Assembly (NCBI GenBank): GCA_013115145.1
Contig: JAAPAO010000207.1
Span: forward strand, 1 to 52,662
Direction of reading: 5' to 3'
Length of the DNA stretch: 52,662 nucleotides
DNA from: Perkinsus chesapeaki ATCC PRA-425
Taxonomy: Eukaryota > Protista > Perkinsozoa
In this document: positions 21,073-33,970 of the stretch, in pieces
Layout of the letters: each line of letters begins with the position of its first letter
Position numbering within the stretch: the stretch's first letter is position 1
The notes under the pieces: generated by a model
Database searches by the model: none
What the model was told of the DNA's origin: nothing
Seen by the model: only the letters and a program-made list of their open reading frames with translations
Position numbers and translations under genes: made by a program

Positions 21073-22162
21073 ATACCGATCATCGCATACGGAATGGCTG
21101 CTACCGACTAAGTAAAGAAAACACAATTCTTCTCTCAAACTGATAACCGGGTGAGCAGGGGTGGCAGGCAACTTGCGTTCCGAACCTGAATCAAACCAGT
21201 CTGGTATAATTCAGAATCGAGGCTTGTGGGACATTAACGGAAGCTCGTTAAGAGAAATGTGAAAGGCAGCTAGTTGCCCGGCGCCCGGAAGTTTATGCCT
21301 TCTCAGGTTGAGGGGTGGGTGTCATATTCTTGTGCATTTGGTCATTGACCCGGCTTTGCTGCTGAGTTTTGGCCATTCGGTGTACTATACAATAACGAGC
21401 ACTGTCCTTGATATCTCGCACTGTAAAGATTCTATATACTTGCTCGCCTCGGCGAAACCGTGAGATGCATGGACTGACGAACCAATTAACTACTAGATTC
21501 ATCATTACCCTTTACCCTTCAATATTGCGTTTATATCATGACCGATGATCTGCACAGCACATCGAGGAATTCACATTTCGGACCGCATTATCACATGATG
21601 TGGACGATGGTTGTGGTTAATTAAAGTTTTACCATCGGAACGAAGTGTGCTACTTATCCCGAGTGACTTCTGTTGACCAAACGAGAAATGCCCAAAAATG
21701 ATACAACAAAAAGCAAGCACGGGCGGGCGCATGAATGGTTCAATACTGATTGTTAGGACCCAACCCTGCTGGTGAGGTTTAGGCGGTGAATGGTATGGAT
21801 CACAGAATAGGCCGACTTTGAGTAACACGACATGGAGGCGGTAAGCCGAAGGCTTTGCTTATCAAGCATCCCACGTAAACGTGTCGATCCAATGATCGAT
21901 AACTACTACAAAAGCTGTATATCAGCGATCGAGTGCGCCATGAGCAATGTAGTGCACTCGTGAATGCGACACGATGACTAAGGATGATAAGGCGAATCGA
22001 AGAAGTACATGTCTACTCGAAGTCTACCGTAGCTTCTCTACGGCAGCTGTAGGCACACTGAATAAGTACAAAAAGCGAAACCAGAATGACAAGCCTTCTT
22101 TAAAGACACTTGGTAACTGCTCGTAATCCTCCATGGTGAAAACGAAGGTTATTCTTGGGCAA

Positions 22163-23491
22163 CTACTGTATAAAGCCAATCTCCCTTAAGTAGCCCTGGA
22201 TGGTTGCTAGAACATCGAGGGCGCCGCTACCATGACGAATCTGATTGCCGTTCCTACTAAGCGGCCTGGCATAGCGCATCAGGAGTGGTTTGATCATATC
22301 ACCATCAACACCCATACCCACGAGGATACCTACAGCAGCAGTAACCAGAGGAGCTGCGTAAGATGTACCGGAACGACGTTCATTTCGGCCAACATAGACA
22401 TCCTCGCCGAAGGCAGCGATATCGACGCTGTCGCCATGATTGCTGAGATCAGCAAGCGTATAATCATCGTCATTGCTCAATGCTCCGACACATATTCCAT
22501 ATTGCATCCCATGAGCACAGGGCATTGTGTCCTTCGCATCAACACCATCATTGCCAGCTGCGGAAATAATGAAGATCCCTTTTTCCTTTACAGCCTTCAA
22601 TGCTTCGTTAAGGACGGGAATCACCTCACCGCCAGTGGGAATTCGTATAGGCATCAGTACAATCTCTGCATCGATATCTATGGCTTTTTGTAAGGCTTTC
22701 AAAACATCACCACCATAAAGGATCTCGAAACTGATAAGTCTCGAATTCCTAGAGGCTCCAACCATTCCATACGAGTTGTTGCCCTCAGCTGCCAGAACAC
22801 GAGCAACCCGTGTAGCGTGGCGATTTCGTATCATTAGCGCCTCAGTGTCGTTGGCGAAGTTCCATGCACCATTTCGTTTTCTTCCGGGTTCGTAGTAGAT
22901 TTGCCTCACCGGCGCGAGGTCTCTATCCGAGAAATCGATACCGCTATCAATAACAACCACCCGAACATCAAGGACGTAGTATTTCTCCAGTAGCCTCCAT
23001 ACTTCGCCCATACGCATACGCTTTAGATGGTTTTGATGTTTAGTATCCGGATCGTTAACATGGAGCTCTGGATCTAGCTCCTTCAGCTCTCGAAGCCTGC
23101 GAGCGGGGCCGTCATTGATGGCTTGTATGGGGGAATCGCTATTGCATTTAACTTGGAGACCAGGGAGAACAGTTACAGCGTGGCCGACATATGCACACAG
23201 CTCACCAGACGACACGCTTGCCGAAGATGTGTGGACGATCTCGAATGAGATTGAGGGCAAGTTGTCAACGGTAGCCATCTTCAAGAAGTCCAGAATTCTC
23301 GGACTCGTTGAGAAGCTAATTTCGCTTTGAAGTAGCCGAGGAAGATCACGAACGCTGATCACCGATTCACCATATTTTATGGAGAGCAAGGTCTTACGGT
23401 CGCCGATTTGCTGAGCGTTTCCGAAGCTGAAGTAGGTTAGCAGTAGAAATCTGAGCATAAGAAAAGAAATGATAACGCTTTCAAAATGCAT
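22163..23491 (-). CDS. Secreted subtilisin-like serine protease (family S8), intronless
   Basis: Catalytic motifs VVVIDSGID, RHATRVA, AAGND and GTSYAAP, with a signal-like N-terminus. Start may be 23491 or 23458. Confidence 0.92.
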   Translation of the reverse strand: MHFESVIISFLMLRFLLLTYFSFGNAQQIGDRKTLLSIKYGESVISVRDLPRLLQSEISFSTSPRILDFLKMATVDNLPSISFEIVHTSSASVSSGELCAYVGHAVTVLPGLQVKCNSDSPIQAINDGPARRLRELKELDPELHVNDPDTKHQNHLKRMRMGEVWRLLEKYYVLDVRVVVIDSGIDFSDRDLAPVRQIYYEPGRKRNGAWNFANDTEALMIRNRHATRVARVLAAEGNNSYGMVGASRNSRLISFEILYGGDVLKALQKAIDIDAEIVLMPIRIPTGGEVIPVLNEALKAVKEKGIFIISAAGNDGVDAKDTMPCAHGMQYGICVGALSNDDDYTLADLSNHGDSVDIAAFGEDVYVGRNERRSGTSYAAPLVTAAVGILVGMGVDGDMIKPLLMRYARPLSRNGNQIRHGSGALDVLATIQGYLREIGFIQ

Positions 23492-24676
23492 TGCCCACAG
23501 TCCGCTCCAGTAGCGGGGAAGGGTCTGAATCAGGAACAACTGAACTACTCAAGAAGCTCAGGTGGAGCGTCACTCCCGCTAAGCGTTTCCGGCGTAGCTG
23601 TGAAGATGCACTCTAATGAATAATTAGTAATGATACAAACTCGGGTAACTTGGATGTGAATCATCTGGGAGATACCGAGTGAAAGAGAGCAATGCGCATG
23701 AAGCACTATATCGGTAGCATTTCAAAATGTGTGCATCACGAGATGATATGTAGACTCTTCTACGGCAGAAGCTCTGCCGGATTCAGAGGTCGAGCTTTGG
23801 CTAAATTAACCAGGCTAATACTTTTCGTAATGCGAAGTTGCCCTCTATCGGTCCATATCTCTGTGGACCAGCTCCGGATCTTGTTCTCGGTCCAGAAGGA
23901 CGAAGGCAAGGCCAGAGAGAGTGAACGGAGGCTTTTCTTCCCCTAGCCTATTCTCTCAAAGGGAATTAATGCAACGGAAGTACAATAGGAGGGTATACAG
24001 TGTACACTGTACACCAAGTTGGTGTCACCAACTCGTCCAGGAGTAAACTGAGGTGAACTCGTGCGCCGGAGATTCCTAGCTTTTTGAGCCACTCCAATCC
24101 TTTCGGGCTTGTGGACGATGAAATGAGTGCATCAATTAGGTTTTTAGTATAAGCTGAGAATGAGGCTGATTCTCCAGGTATAGCTAATTCACTTACCTAT
24201 ACATATAATATAATGTACAGTGAATAGTCGTATGGCCGTTATTATGTACACTGACGCAGAAGAGCGAATGGTGCGCCAACCGACAACTTGCGGCCTTGCT
24301 GTAGTCAGCTTCATCACGACGGTGGAGTAAAGAGAGTGGGTTCGCATAGATATATGCCATTGAGAGTACGCCGCGGCTCGGCCAACGATGCATCGCCTGT
24401 GACGCCGCTCGCAGCAGCCCCAGGCTTGTTCCACAGTACCCAATGCGATGAGACCAACATACTCACAACTTTTCATGGCGACCCTCCATCAGAAGACCTC
24501 ACCTTTCACTTATTATTACACAATGCCGAAACCTGTTGCTTGTTTGCCCCCTAGAGGGTCCGACGCGTGCAAGGATTCTGGAACCGGTGGCTACCGTAGC
24601 TACCGTAGCCAGGCTGCGCTGCATTGGCTGTGTGTTGAGTGCAGTGCCTCACGCTACTGTTGACAACTTAGGCCAT

Positions 24677-25762
24677 ATGGCAAGCCTACTACTATATACT
24701 GGCTTGTGCGCTGTCATGCAGCCAGCACTTGCCGAGTTAGTAAAGCTCGATATCTACCGTGAGCTTATGGGCGAAAAGAAAGATCTATCTGTTGCACTAG
24801 CTAAAGTGAAGATTGACGATGAGGAACTTCACCTACTGGTTGATACAGGGAGCCAATACACCTTCGGTGTGTGGAAAACATGGTATGAGGAGAAGGTCCC
24901 AGGCGGCTGTGATAAGCTTATTTACAAGTGCTATGAGTGCAAGCCTCCACCGTGCACTAAAGGCCCTACCAAAACCATTGAATTCGCAGATGGCACCGAG
25001 GCGGATATATTCCAGCAATCGGGCAGTCTGGATCTTAACCAGTTGGGTTCAAAGCTCATCAGTTTCGGTTTGGTATCCCGTTACACCTCGCCCTATTCGA
25101 TACATGCTGGGCTTGGTCTCGGCCCGGCCACTGCCTCCATCAAGCCTTATACGCCAATACTTAAGCAGCTGGAGGGCGTGCTCCCGAGCACTGCTTTCTC
25201 CCTCTATTTGAGGCCCGGGGACAAACCATCTGGTCAGCTGATTCTGGGGGGCCAAGACCCGAGTCTCTATCAAGGCCCTATAGTTAACTTTAATTTCGAC
25301 GAGTTTTATGGAATCCAGCTCTCAGGCTTCCGTGTAGGCGATGACTCTTACTCGGTCGACCCGGCAAGTGGTGATATTGAGATTGACACTGGTGCTTCTG
25401 ACTTCCTCGTCCCCTGGTGGGCCCTCCAGAAGATCGTAGAATACCTCAAAACCAGAGGTACTAAGCAAGTCGAGATCAACAAGATTGACGATGTCTATGA
25501 GGTTGCCTGTGACGACGTGAAATATCTACCACCTTTGACAATCTTTCTCAAGGATTCCATAGGGAAGGACACCCCATTAACCCTCTCCCCCGAGGTGTAT
25601 GTCCTCCCACCTGCCGAGCCTGGTAAGGCCTCCTGCTTGTTGATTATCACGGACAGTAGCAGTGGTGATTGGGTCTTGGGATGCAACGTGCTCGTCGGAA
25701 GATACTTCTATTTCAATTATGACCAGAAGGTGATGGGATTTGCCAGCTTGAAGGAAGGCTAA
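24677..25762 (+). CDS. Secreted pepsin-like aspartic protease (family A1), intronless
   Basis: Two catalytic motifs LLVDTGS and IEIDTGA, plus LILGG and WVLG motifs. Signal peptide MASLLLYTGLCAVMQPALA at the first ATG. Confidence 0.92.
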   Translation: MASLLLYTGLCAVMQPALAELVKLDIYRELMGEKKDLSVALAKVKIDDEELHLLVDTGSQYTFGVWKTWYEEKVPGGCDKLIYKCYECKPPPCTKGPTKTIEFADGTEADIFQQSGSLDLNQLGSKLISFGLVSRYTSPYSIHAGLGLGPATASIKPYTPILKQLEGVLPSTAFSLYLRPGDKPSGQLILGGQDPSLYQGPIVNFNFDEFYGIQLSGFRVGDDSYSVDPASGDIEIDTGASDFLVPWWALQKIVEYLKTRGTKQVEINKIDDVYEVACDDVKYLPPLTIFLKDSIGKDTPLTLSPEVYVLPPAEPGKASCLLIITDSSSGDWVLGCNVLVGRYFYFNYDQKVMGFASLKEG

Positions 25763-26342
25763 TAGTACTTGAGCGCAATCGCTTATTGAAAGTTCACTTC
25801 AGAGTTCTTTAGAATCTCGAGTTAAGATGTTACCCAAAATAGGTTTATTCTTCTCATTGGACCTATCTGTAGTGGGGTGGCTTCGATGTCCACCAACATT
25901 AATTGGCTTATTCGTTCTCAATCTCCCTGTGTTGAGTTGTGACATGACATGTGGGTCTCCGATACGCTCGTAGGTGGTGCAAAAACCACTCAAATCGAAT
26001 GACCTCCGCGATCGCAGAGGGCAAGAGCGGAATGGCCTCCCAAGCTGGAAGACGTGCTTTGATTTTTACAATGTGTTGCTCCTCCGATTAGGAAACTTTC
26101 AATCCGTCATCGCTCTTTAGCGGAATCACTGGCTGGAATTCTGATATGCACTTCACAGTTGGAGTTTGCCAAGAGCTTGTCTTGGTAGTTGTGCACAGGC
26201 CCTTGGATGCGTGAGTGAATTCTGCTAGGAGTAGGATCTCTTGAGACTAGTCACATTCCTCCAAGTGAACCATACAATGACAATAACCGTATAGGTTTTA
26301 AGCTCTTGTTCGAAAGTTGCACATAGAGGGGATAGTCTGACT

Positions 26343-26406
26343 AAGCCTTCTTCGGCTGGACTATAAACTCACACAAGCCTTCTTCGGCTGGACTATAAAC
26401 TCACAC
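26343..26406. repeat. 32-bp direct tandem duplication
   Basis: aagccttcttcggctggactataaactcacac x2. Confidence 0.9.
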
Positions 26407-26482
26407 ACACCATGAGCTGTACAGCTATAATGGGTTCCGCAACTACTCGTACAAAACAGGATTAACAAGAATGATAAAAATA

Positions 26483-27739
26483 TTATTTTACATCTTCATT
26501 TTTCATTTGCAGATCATCATGCTTTTCTATCAACACTCTTCGACCGCCCTCAGAGGCACTGCCGTTCTCGTTCGCAATGGCGCCGACCTGGACTCCTTTA
26601 ATCGCTGTCACCACCGCCTCCGGATTTTTTTCGATTTTTGCATCAGAATCGAAACTTGTTGCCAGCCCCTCGTTCTTGACAATGTAAGGAATGGATTCTA
26701 CGTTATCCAACGCCAGATGGTAAATCCTGGACGAATACGCCCAAAGCTCGCTCAGCTCCGCGTCCCTCCCGATAAAGAGGACCGCCGTCAAGATATGAAC
26801 CAACATTACACCAGCTGAAACTTTGATTCTTCGCTTGGATCTAGAGCTCTTTACCAGCAGATGCAGGTCCTCACACACACCGTGCAAAGATGCCATTGCA
26901 TTACAGAACGGCCCCATAAGCTTTCTAAGCAACAGGAGGGTGATGGGCCCCAAAGAGTGACGATCGTATACGGACTTGAAGAGGAGGAAGAGACCAAGGG
27001 TAATAGCATTTGTTATTATTGTTGAGAGAGAGCTAGCTGGCACCGACGCGAAGAATCCTGTTAAAAACACCGGTGCCGGGAATCGAACCAGGGCGCCTGC
27101 AGCTGCACATACCATGCCAAGAAGCAACAACACCGGTGGTGGGGCGGCAACGTCGACGAACGGATCGATGCTCGTAACTGTTCGCGGTCTGGATGGGTCG
27201 ACCACGCCAACCAGGATGGACCAGAGAAAACAGATGGCGAGAAGTAGAAGGCATGATTTCACATTGCAACCCTTCTTCTCATAAAACGGACGAAAAATGT
27301 ACCATCGATCCTCGGCACTTGACGGTTTCAAAAACATAATCATGATCACCCCGATAGAATATATGCCACCAAGATAGACCGGCGCCCATCGGCCATCAGC
27401 GACCAAACCATCTAGTAGTGTGACGTACTGAGACAGGCAGGCTACAACAGCTAAGCAGGCGGCGCCTCGGACGGGAAGTTCCGTGACCGGGGACGCTGCA
27501 GCTCTGGCGATGAGCGTTGGGGTGGAATCGTCATCGGATAGATCAACCGGGGAAGTAGAAGCCCAAAGGAAGACGCTGGAAAGATTCAACAGGACGAGCA
27601 CCTGCGACAACCAAGTCGCTTGCCACGCGCTCACCATGAGACTCACCCAGAACCACGCCGTTGGCGAACTGGCTGCACTCGGACCGATGAAACAGGCAGT
27701 GACTGCCTCAGTGCACATAGCATGGAGCGCTGCTGGCAA
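26483..27739 (-). CDS. Multi-pass membrane hypothetical protein, 5' exons probably upstream
   Basis: 418-codon open frame with several hydrophobic stretches and no ATG at its start. May contain an intron at 27058-27117. Confidence 0.55.
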   Translation of the reverse strand: MPAALHAMCTEAVTACFIGPSAASSPTAWFWVSLMVSAWQATWLSQVLVLLNLSSVFLWASTSPVDLSDDDSTPTLIARAAASPVTELPVRGAACLAVVACLSQYVTLLDGLVADGRWAPVYLGGIYSIGVIMIMFLKPSSAEDRWYIFRPFYEKKGCNVKSCLLLLAICFLWSILVGVVDPSRPRTVTSIDPFVDVAAPPPVLLLLGMVCAAAGALVRFPAPVFLTGFFASVPASSLSTIITNAITLGLFLLFKSVYDRHSLGPITLLLLRKLMGPFCNAMASLHGVCEDLHLLVKSSRSKRRIKVSAGVMLVHILTAVLFIGRDAELSELWAYSSRIYHLALDNVESIPYIVKNEGLATSFDSDAKIEKNPEAVVTAIKGVQVGAIANENGSASEGGRRVLIEKHDDLQMKNEDVK

Positions 27740-30355
27740 CCAGCTAGGGGCAGATGATAACTCCAGTGCTGAAAAAATAATTCATATCATACTTGCTACT
27801 TCACGAGGGGGCCGAGGGGGAGTGGGAATTCAATTCGTCCAGGAGATCGGCCAGCCTCGATGATCTATGCCGCTGCAGATTAATATGTAAAGACAATATA
27901 CGCCCTATGTTGTGTGATCGGAATTGATTCCGCTATTAATAAGATTGCCATCCTTATTTGTCGAGTTGTTTCCCGTATCTGGACGCTGCCTCGATCAGAA
28001 AAGGTGCTTCCCACGATTGGGAAACCAGAAACCGAAGCGCGGACGAGGAATCCTGATCCTCCTCCGCTGCTGAAAGCCGTGGTGCCATAAATGACGTTGC
28101 ACAATGCAGCTCGCTCCACCATTATGAAGAACAGCAAACGAGTTATATCTCAAGATTACAGGACACGTTAAGAAAGTATGCAGACACTTCAGGACTTACC
28201 TATTCTAGGTTGCCCGATCGCCCAGGTCTTCTTCTCCGAGCCCGGTGACCTGTCACCACCATCACCCGTGCTCGAGTAGCCAGTCGATGTCGAGGACGAC
28301 TCAACCCAGGCTGCGTGGCTCGCCAATGGGGATGCCTCCCCTACCTTCCCAGGTGCTCTTTTGTGCGAGGAAGATATTTTTCAAACGAATCTTTAATAAG
28401 ATCCAGGTTAATTATTCACTCGGATCACCAAATTTCCCCTCCAAAATAATTTTTTCTCAAACAATCACCCACCAAGCATGCAACGCTCCGAACCACTGTG
28501 CTTTGGTGGTGTTTTTTTCAACGACGCCTCCAAATGAGCAGCGGCCCTCCATTTACAAACGCAACGGCGCTCCCCGACCAAACGATAGAAATACTGTATT
28601 GAGATACCCAAGCCTCACAATAGGATACCTTACGTGCAAAATACTCATTAACAAGAATTCATCTTTAATCTACTAGACCATCATTTAGCTGGCTGACGGA
28701 CCGCTATGATCAACCGGAGCATCAATGACGACGTCCAAGAATATTTGCTCATCGCCGTGACCCTCCACATGTGCTTCTTCAACAGCTGCGTCAGCCATTT
28801 CAACTTCATCGTCGCACGAATTGACCGTCTCTCCGACTACTGGCGCCGAAGGAGGGGGAGAAGAAGGAGCTGGCGTTGGATCTGAGCGAAGACACCGTGA
28901 TTCCGGGAAGTCCTGGTGTTACAAGTTCGTGCACGATTTCCCCCATTTTTTCCAAATTTCCCCAAATTTTCCCTAATTTTTCCAAATTTTTCCTAATTTT
29001 TAATAATTTTTAATAATTTTTCCTCAATTTTTCCTCAACTTATGCAAGCCCGTAAAGTCCTTCAAATGTGACGAGATCCTCAAAGTTTCACTCGACGCCA
29101 ATTTCCCGGTACATTTTTTCGGTACACTTCGATGCAACATTTCTATTGAAGCTTCGTCACCCGTTTGGTCTTTGGAATTTCCCCCACTTAAAAGCCTGAC
29201 ATTTCCCAATACCATTGCCTGTCAGCAAATCCCTCCATCGGAAATCTTGCTCACCTGCTTGATCCACGGACGATACCACCTCTCCCTGCGCCTCAACATT
29301 CGCACTGGTTGAAGGCTGCTGCATTTCACCTTCTTCAACAGCAATCGACGTCTCTACCACAGCTGTAGTGGAGCCTAATTGGAAGCGAAGTCACTGCCAG
29401 TAAGCATTTCACCCAAGGCCATTGGAATTTATAGAAGTTTAAAGTCCTCATTCGAATGGTGGTCCATTTGATGCGGCTAGTTCAAGTGTTGTGACTCACT
29501 CGTACGTGGGAGCAAACTCGAAGACCTCCTCTTGCTGTTCCTGGAAACGCGTATCAAAAATTAGTATTTTTTTCCGAGTTTCTGAAATAGACTATTACTG
29601 GTAGGTAATAAACCCACAGTTGGATGCTCGCCAGGTGTCATCCGGAGCCCAAAACACTTTCAGCAGCAGTGGTGTAGCTGGCGAGGGGGCGGTAGCCCTC
29701 CCTGCAGCGGTGCTCGCCCCCACGCTGGCAAGTATGGGTGCTGTGGGGTATGGGTTTTGGGGACAGTAATTGACCCTTAGCGGTGTGGGTCCGCCCCCAC
29801 CTTGCCCTCCCCCACTGTCAAGTATTCAGCAGTGTCAGATCCACACACTGTGAAAACCCGGAGTTAAAAATATCGAAATAATTATGTACAGTAACAATAG
29901 TATAAGTAATAATTTCGCGCATCTGCAGAAGAAGAGGCCGTTGTTCTTCCCGGGCAGTTGATCGACACAATCTGTCCCCCTCAGTTGCAGCGGCAAAATA
30001 TCAATTGACTTCGGGATCGCCTGGAGCTAGGTGTCCATTATCGCTCGACAAGATTTTAAAGCAATCAAGGTTGGCATATAGATTCCAATACTTCCCATGA
30101 AACCGTAAGATTCCTACTAGTAGCTTTCCCAGATTCTTCAGAGTGCGCAGCCGCCTCAACTTGACCTACAAGATACCAATCTGCCCCACTACACCCTATC
30201 CACCTACCTTCCTTCGACGCTCCCTCCAGATTTTGATTCTCCGAATCCTTGTTCGTCGACCTGTTGCTCCTCGGCACAATCAAATAAGCTTGCTTCTGCC
30301 GACACTGCCTACACGTAAAAAGCGCTCGCCATCTTGATCGATTCATAAATGATTA

Positions 30356-31775
30356 TTACTCTAACTCAGCAGGCTCCACACCTGTGAGGTTGGCCAGTGG
30401 CTCCCAGGTGTTATCAGCGGGTGGATAGTCCTTCCACTTCACCAGAAATTCTTCTCCTGAAAAGTTGATTTTTTGGCTAAGTTGCAAAACGTTTAAAATA
30501 CAGGCATAAGTTAGTACTCTCAATCGATAAACCTTGGATGCCATGTCCAGAAGGAGAACACTCGACGCTTTATTCGGGTCGAGGGACATATTTTATAACC
30601 ATTATTACTATAACTTTTATGCGGGCTTAATCTTATATATTATTGTTCATAACCTCATAAAATGATTCCGTCACCAGGGACACCTTACGCTTTCCCAGCA
30701 ACACAGTCCCGCGAGGCTTGTCTGGGGGCCCAACGCGGCCGACCTTGCCAAGACCGAACAACAACACTACTTCGGACGTGGTATTATCAAGAAGCAGACC
30801 CTTCAACAAAGAGACTGGATCTTCATTACGAAGACAACGATATAAACCAAATATATTATGATAGAAAAATATAATTAAACATATTAACTGGGATTCGAAC
30901 CTTCAACCCTGATTGCGCACAAAACGAGCGCAAATCTTCAACGTGCCATAATTTCTGCCGCGGTCATCACGGACGGTAAGCTATACAGTTCCGAGCTCCT
31001 TAAACGCCGGATAGTTCAAATCCATCGTGAATGTGCCGTGTCTTAAATCCCATTCCAGCCCCGTCTCCGATCACCTATATGATGTATAGAAATATTGATA
31101 TTAGGATTTACTAATAAGAAATATAAGAATGGCAAATTAACATGTCGTTGAGTATTGTACAGGCACGAAGCAGCAGTAAGTCCGATATATTAAAACCAGA
31201 ATCTATCTCAAAATGAAAGCAAATAATTAAACCGATATTAATAATAATTGTAATCCAACCCTTCAACAGTTTACAGCTATCGTTTACCACGTGAAGCAGT
31301 GTACTTTAATAACAAATCATTCCCCAAAATAATAAGTCCCTTAGCCCGCCCAAGCTACTACTTTTTCCGACCATCCTGACATCCAGCAGGCACTCCACCT
31401 CGTATTCCTGATCCTCATCTTCCTCCTCATCTCCATCCAGATCTTGAGCCTCGGCCCGCCGAGCTGCATTATTACGATAAATATAGTTCTTACGGTAATT
31501 TCTGAGCAGAAAAAATTCCCATTGAAAATTTCAATTTTTTACTTCAATTTTGAGATCGCGGTTTGATTTCCAGTTACGTTCTCCAGACGGATCCACCAGT
31601 TCTCCAAAGGCCCAGCACTCCCGATTTTGCCGGTAATCAAATACTGCTCCTCCTTCTGCTCAACACGATAATCGCTGACACTGTGAACGCTCTTCACGCC
31701 GATTTCCTTCGACAACACCGGGAAGTTCGCTTTCGCTTCGCTCGGAGTCGGCGATTCTACCGACTGAAAAGACAA
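30356..31775 (-). CDS. Chromodomain-containing protein (partial model; the gene likely extends from ~28.7 to ~32.2 kb)
   Basis: EYEVECLLDVRMVGK|REEFLVKWKDYPPADNTWEPLANL is joined across a 905-nt intron (30457-31361). A second degenerate chromo-like exon lies at 31540-31770. Confidence 0.75.
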
Positions 31776-33070
31776 AGATTTTTTAATGCCATTAACGTCT
31801 CCTTACTATCGTAGAGTTCGACTACCCCCAGGTTTTCAGACACTTTTTGCGCCACATCTTGAACGTTACTTATATGACCATTTCCGCAAGTGTCTACTAT
31901 TGAGAAATTTTCAAACAGAGACTATCAACAGACTCTTCAAAACCGATACGAACAACAAACGTTTGCCCTTAAGCCTCCCGAGGGAATAGTACATCTCCAT
32001 TTCTTTCAGGGGCCTCCACGGCGACCTTCTTCTGTGGTCGAGTGTCAATAGAAGTTGACACACGACGCTTCTTCGGCGAGGCCGTCGTATTTCTACCTGA
32101 GCAGGTTCCATAAAATTCCTCATTTTTTCGATTTTTTACCTGTTTGGGAATTGCCCTCCTTGGCGGCCTTGGCACGGTGTGATGCACACATTCCTAGGAA
32201 CCATTTCGAAGCTTCAATATACGCCTGAGCAGTTGAAGAAATATTCACGCGCCACGAAATGGGTGTGGGATAATAGAACCGAACTTATATATTTTCAGGT
32301 GGTCGGCTATTCTTAACTTCGCAGAAATGAAATTTTCGGCATCTAACAGACTTTAAGCGTTACTGGAAGAACCACACTGAACATTAAGAGCCTTATTAAT
32401 ATTATAGGAAGCCACTGAAAAGTTGGCTGGTCAGTTACCTGAAAATTATTATTACTAAATTGATAGTCTTGGGCATTTGTTAATTAATAAATAGATTAAT
32501 AATATTACCAGTGCGTCACTGTTACCTGTTCAAAGGGATAGTTCGGGACTTTGACTCCACTTAATATTGTATCATTTGTATTATCACGTTTGGTCGGAGA
32601 GGCGACCTTGTTCGGGAGAGGAAATATGTTTATAGTATTTCCATATTTGGCCATCCATTGGTTAGCTTCAAAGTCGAAGCTGACTCCAACTAAGGCCTAA
32701 AATATCTTTTTTCAAGCTTAATGCGGGCTTCAAGTTAGGATACTATCTTACCTTGGAAATATTGTCGATTCTATCCCTCGATAACGACATACCCAATAAA
32801 TAGGACGATTCGTATGAACGTACGCAAGTTCACGATAATTTTGTGGCGCGTGACTCTGGACAGCTCTCATTCCTCACTCCCATCTAAGCTCGATCCCTTG
32901 TTGAGGAGTCTTTGTTTTATCTTCAAAATGAATTGTAGAAATGACCGAAGGAACGTTCCGAGACATTAGACGTAAAGTAAATTCTTAAGATTAGTGAGTG
33001 CTATTCACTACTAGTACAGGACTTTGGAAGCTATTTTGCGGCAGTTAGTATATCATTTATGGTATAAATC

Positions 33071-33784
33071 ATGGATCATTCTTTCCCCACTCAACAGTCC
33101 TTCAGCGACTCCGAGACCTCCACAGTCGAATCAAACACCGAGGTTGAAACTCGGGTCTCGCAAAAAGAGTCGCCGCCAGACTCTGCCATTCTCTATCACA
33201 ACGCTGGTACTTTAAGAAGATGCTTCACCAAGATTCCTGCGCTCCTCATTACACTTTTCCTGGAGCTAATTCCAGCTTTGGTCTACTCGAGCGGTTACTC
33301 TCTACTGGAGCCTTATATTGGTCGAGAGAAGTCTAACCTGTTCATTGCTCTGAACGCTCTGGTCGCCGCGGTGGCCGGCAATTTTGCGCTTCAAAACAGC
33401 AGCAACATGTCCAGGGCTATCTCCATGAAGATCATCACAAAACATAAATGGGCCTCCCACGCCTGGAAGGAGTTCTTGGTTGGCTGCGCGCTCTCTATCG
33501 AGCTTGGTGTCCTATTCTTTATCATCACCGGCTTCATTCTCTGTCCTATTCTTTTCCACGGCCAAGTTGATCCAACATTCGGTGGAGTGCTGGGTCTGGT
33601 ATTTCTGGTCTCTACCACTATAGGGTCATTTTCGGGCCTAATCACGCCCCCTGTACTTTATTTCGGCCTTGGCCTCGATCCCTCCGCATGTGCCGGTCCG
33701 GGAGAAACTTGCTTCCAAGATGTGGTTGGCTCGGTTGTTATGGTCTACTTGGCGCAAGGAGTCTTCTCGTTGAGTAAGCGATAA
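33071..33784 (+). CDS. MgtE/SLC41-like divalent cation transporter membrane domain, intronless
   Basis: AVAGNFALQNSSNMSRAI and GLDPSACAGPGETCFQDVVG match MgtE membrane-domain motifs, with five hydrophobic segments. Confidence 0.8.
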   Translation: MDHSFPTQQSFSDSETSTVESNTEVETRVSQKESPPDSAILYHNAGTLRRCFTKIPALLITLFLELIPALVYSSGYSLLEPYIGREKSNLFIALNALVAAVAGNFALQNSSNMSRAISMKIITKHKWASHAWKEFLVGCALSIELGVLFFIITGFILCPILFHGQVDPTFGGVLGLVFLVSTTIGSFSGLITPPVLYFGLGLDPSACAGPGETCFQDVVGSVVMVYLAQGVFSLSKR

Positions 33785-33970
33785 GTGATGACGTTTACTG
33801 GTTGAATAGAACGCTTCTGAAAGGCTGTAGAATAACCTTCATTATATTGTTGTTTCATGTCACCCTTGCCGTGTTGCGCACTACGAGTATCTAAGGTTGA
33901 GGCGTGCAAGATACAAAATAGGTCAGATTGAGCGTATGGTTGCGTCATCTTCCACTGCCCTGTCAATGAC

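Noticed and set aside
6150-29040. Recurring aaaattttcc-type tracts (6150-6280, 11280-11620, 12470-12610, 28950-29040) as a repeat family
   Set aside because: Low-complexity intronic sequence without a fixed unit or defined ends.
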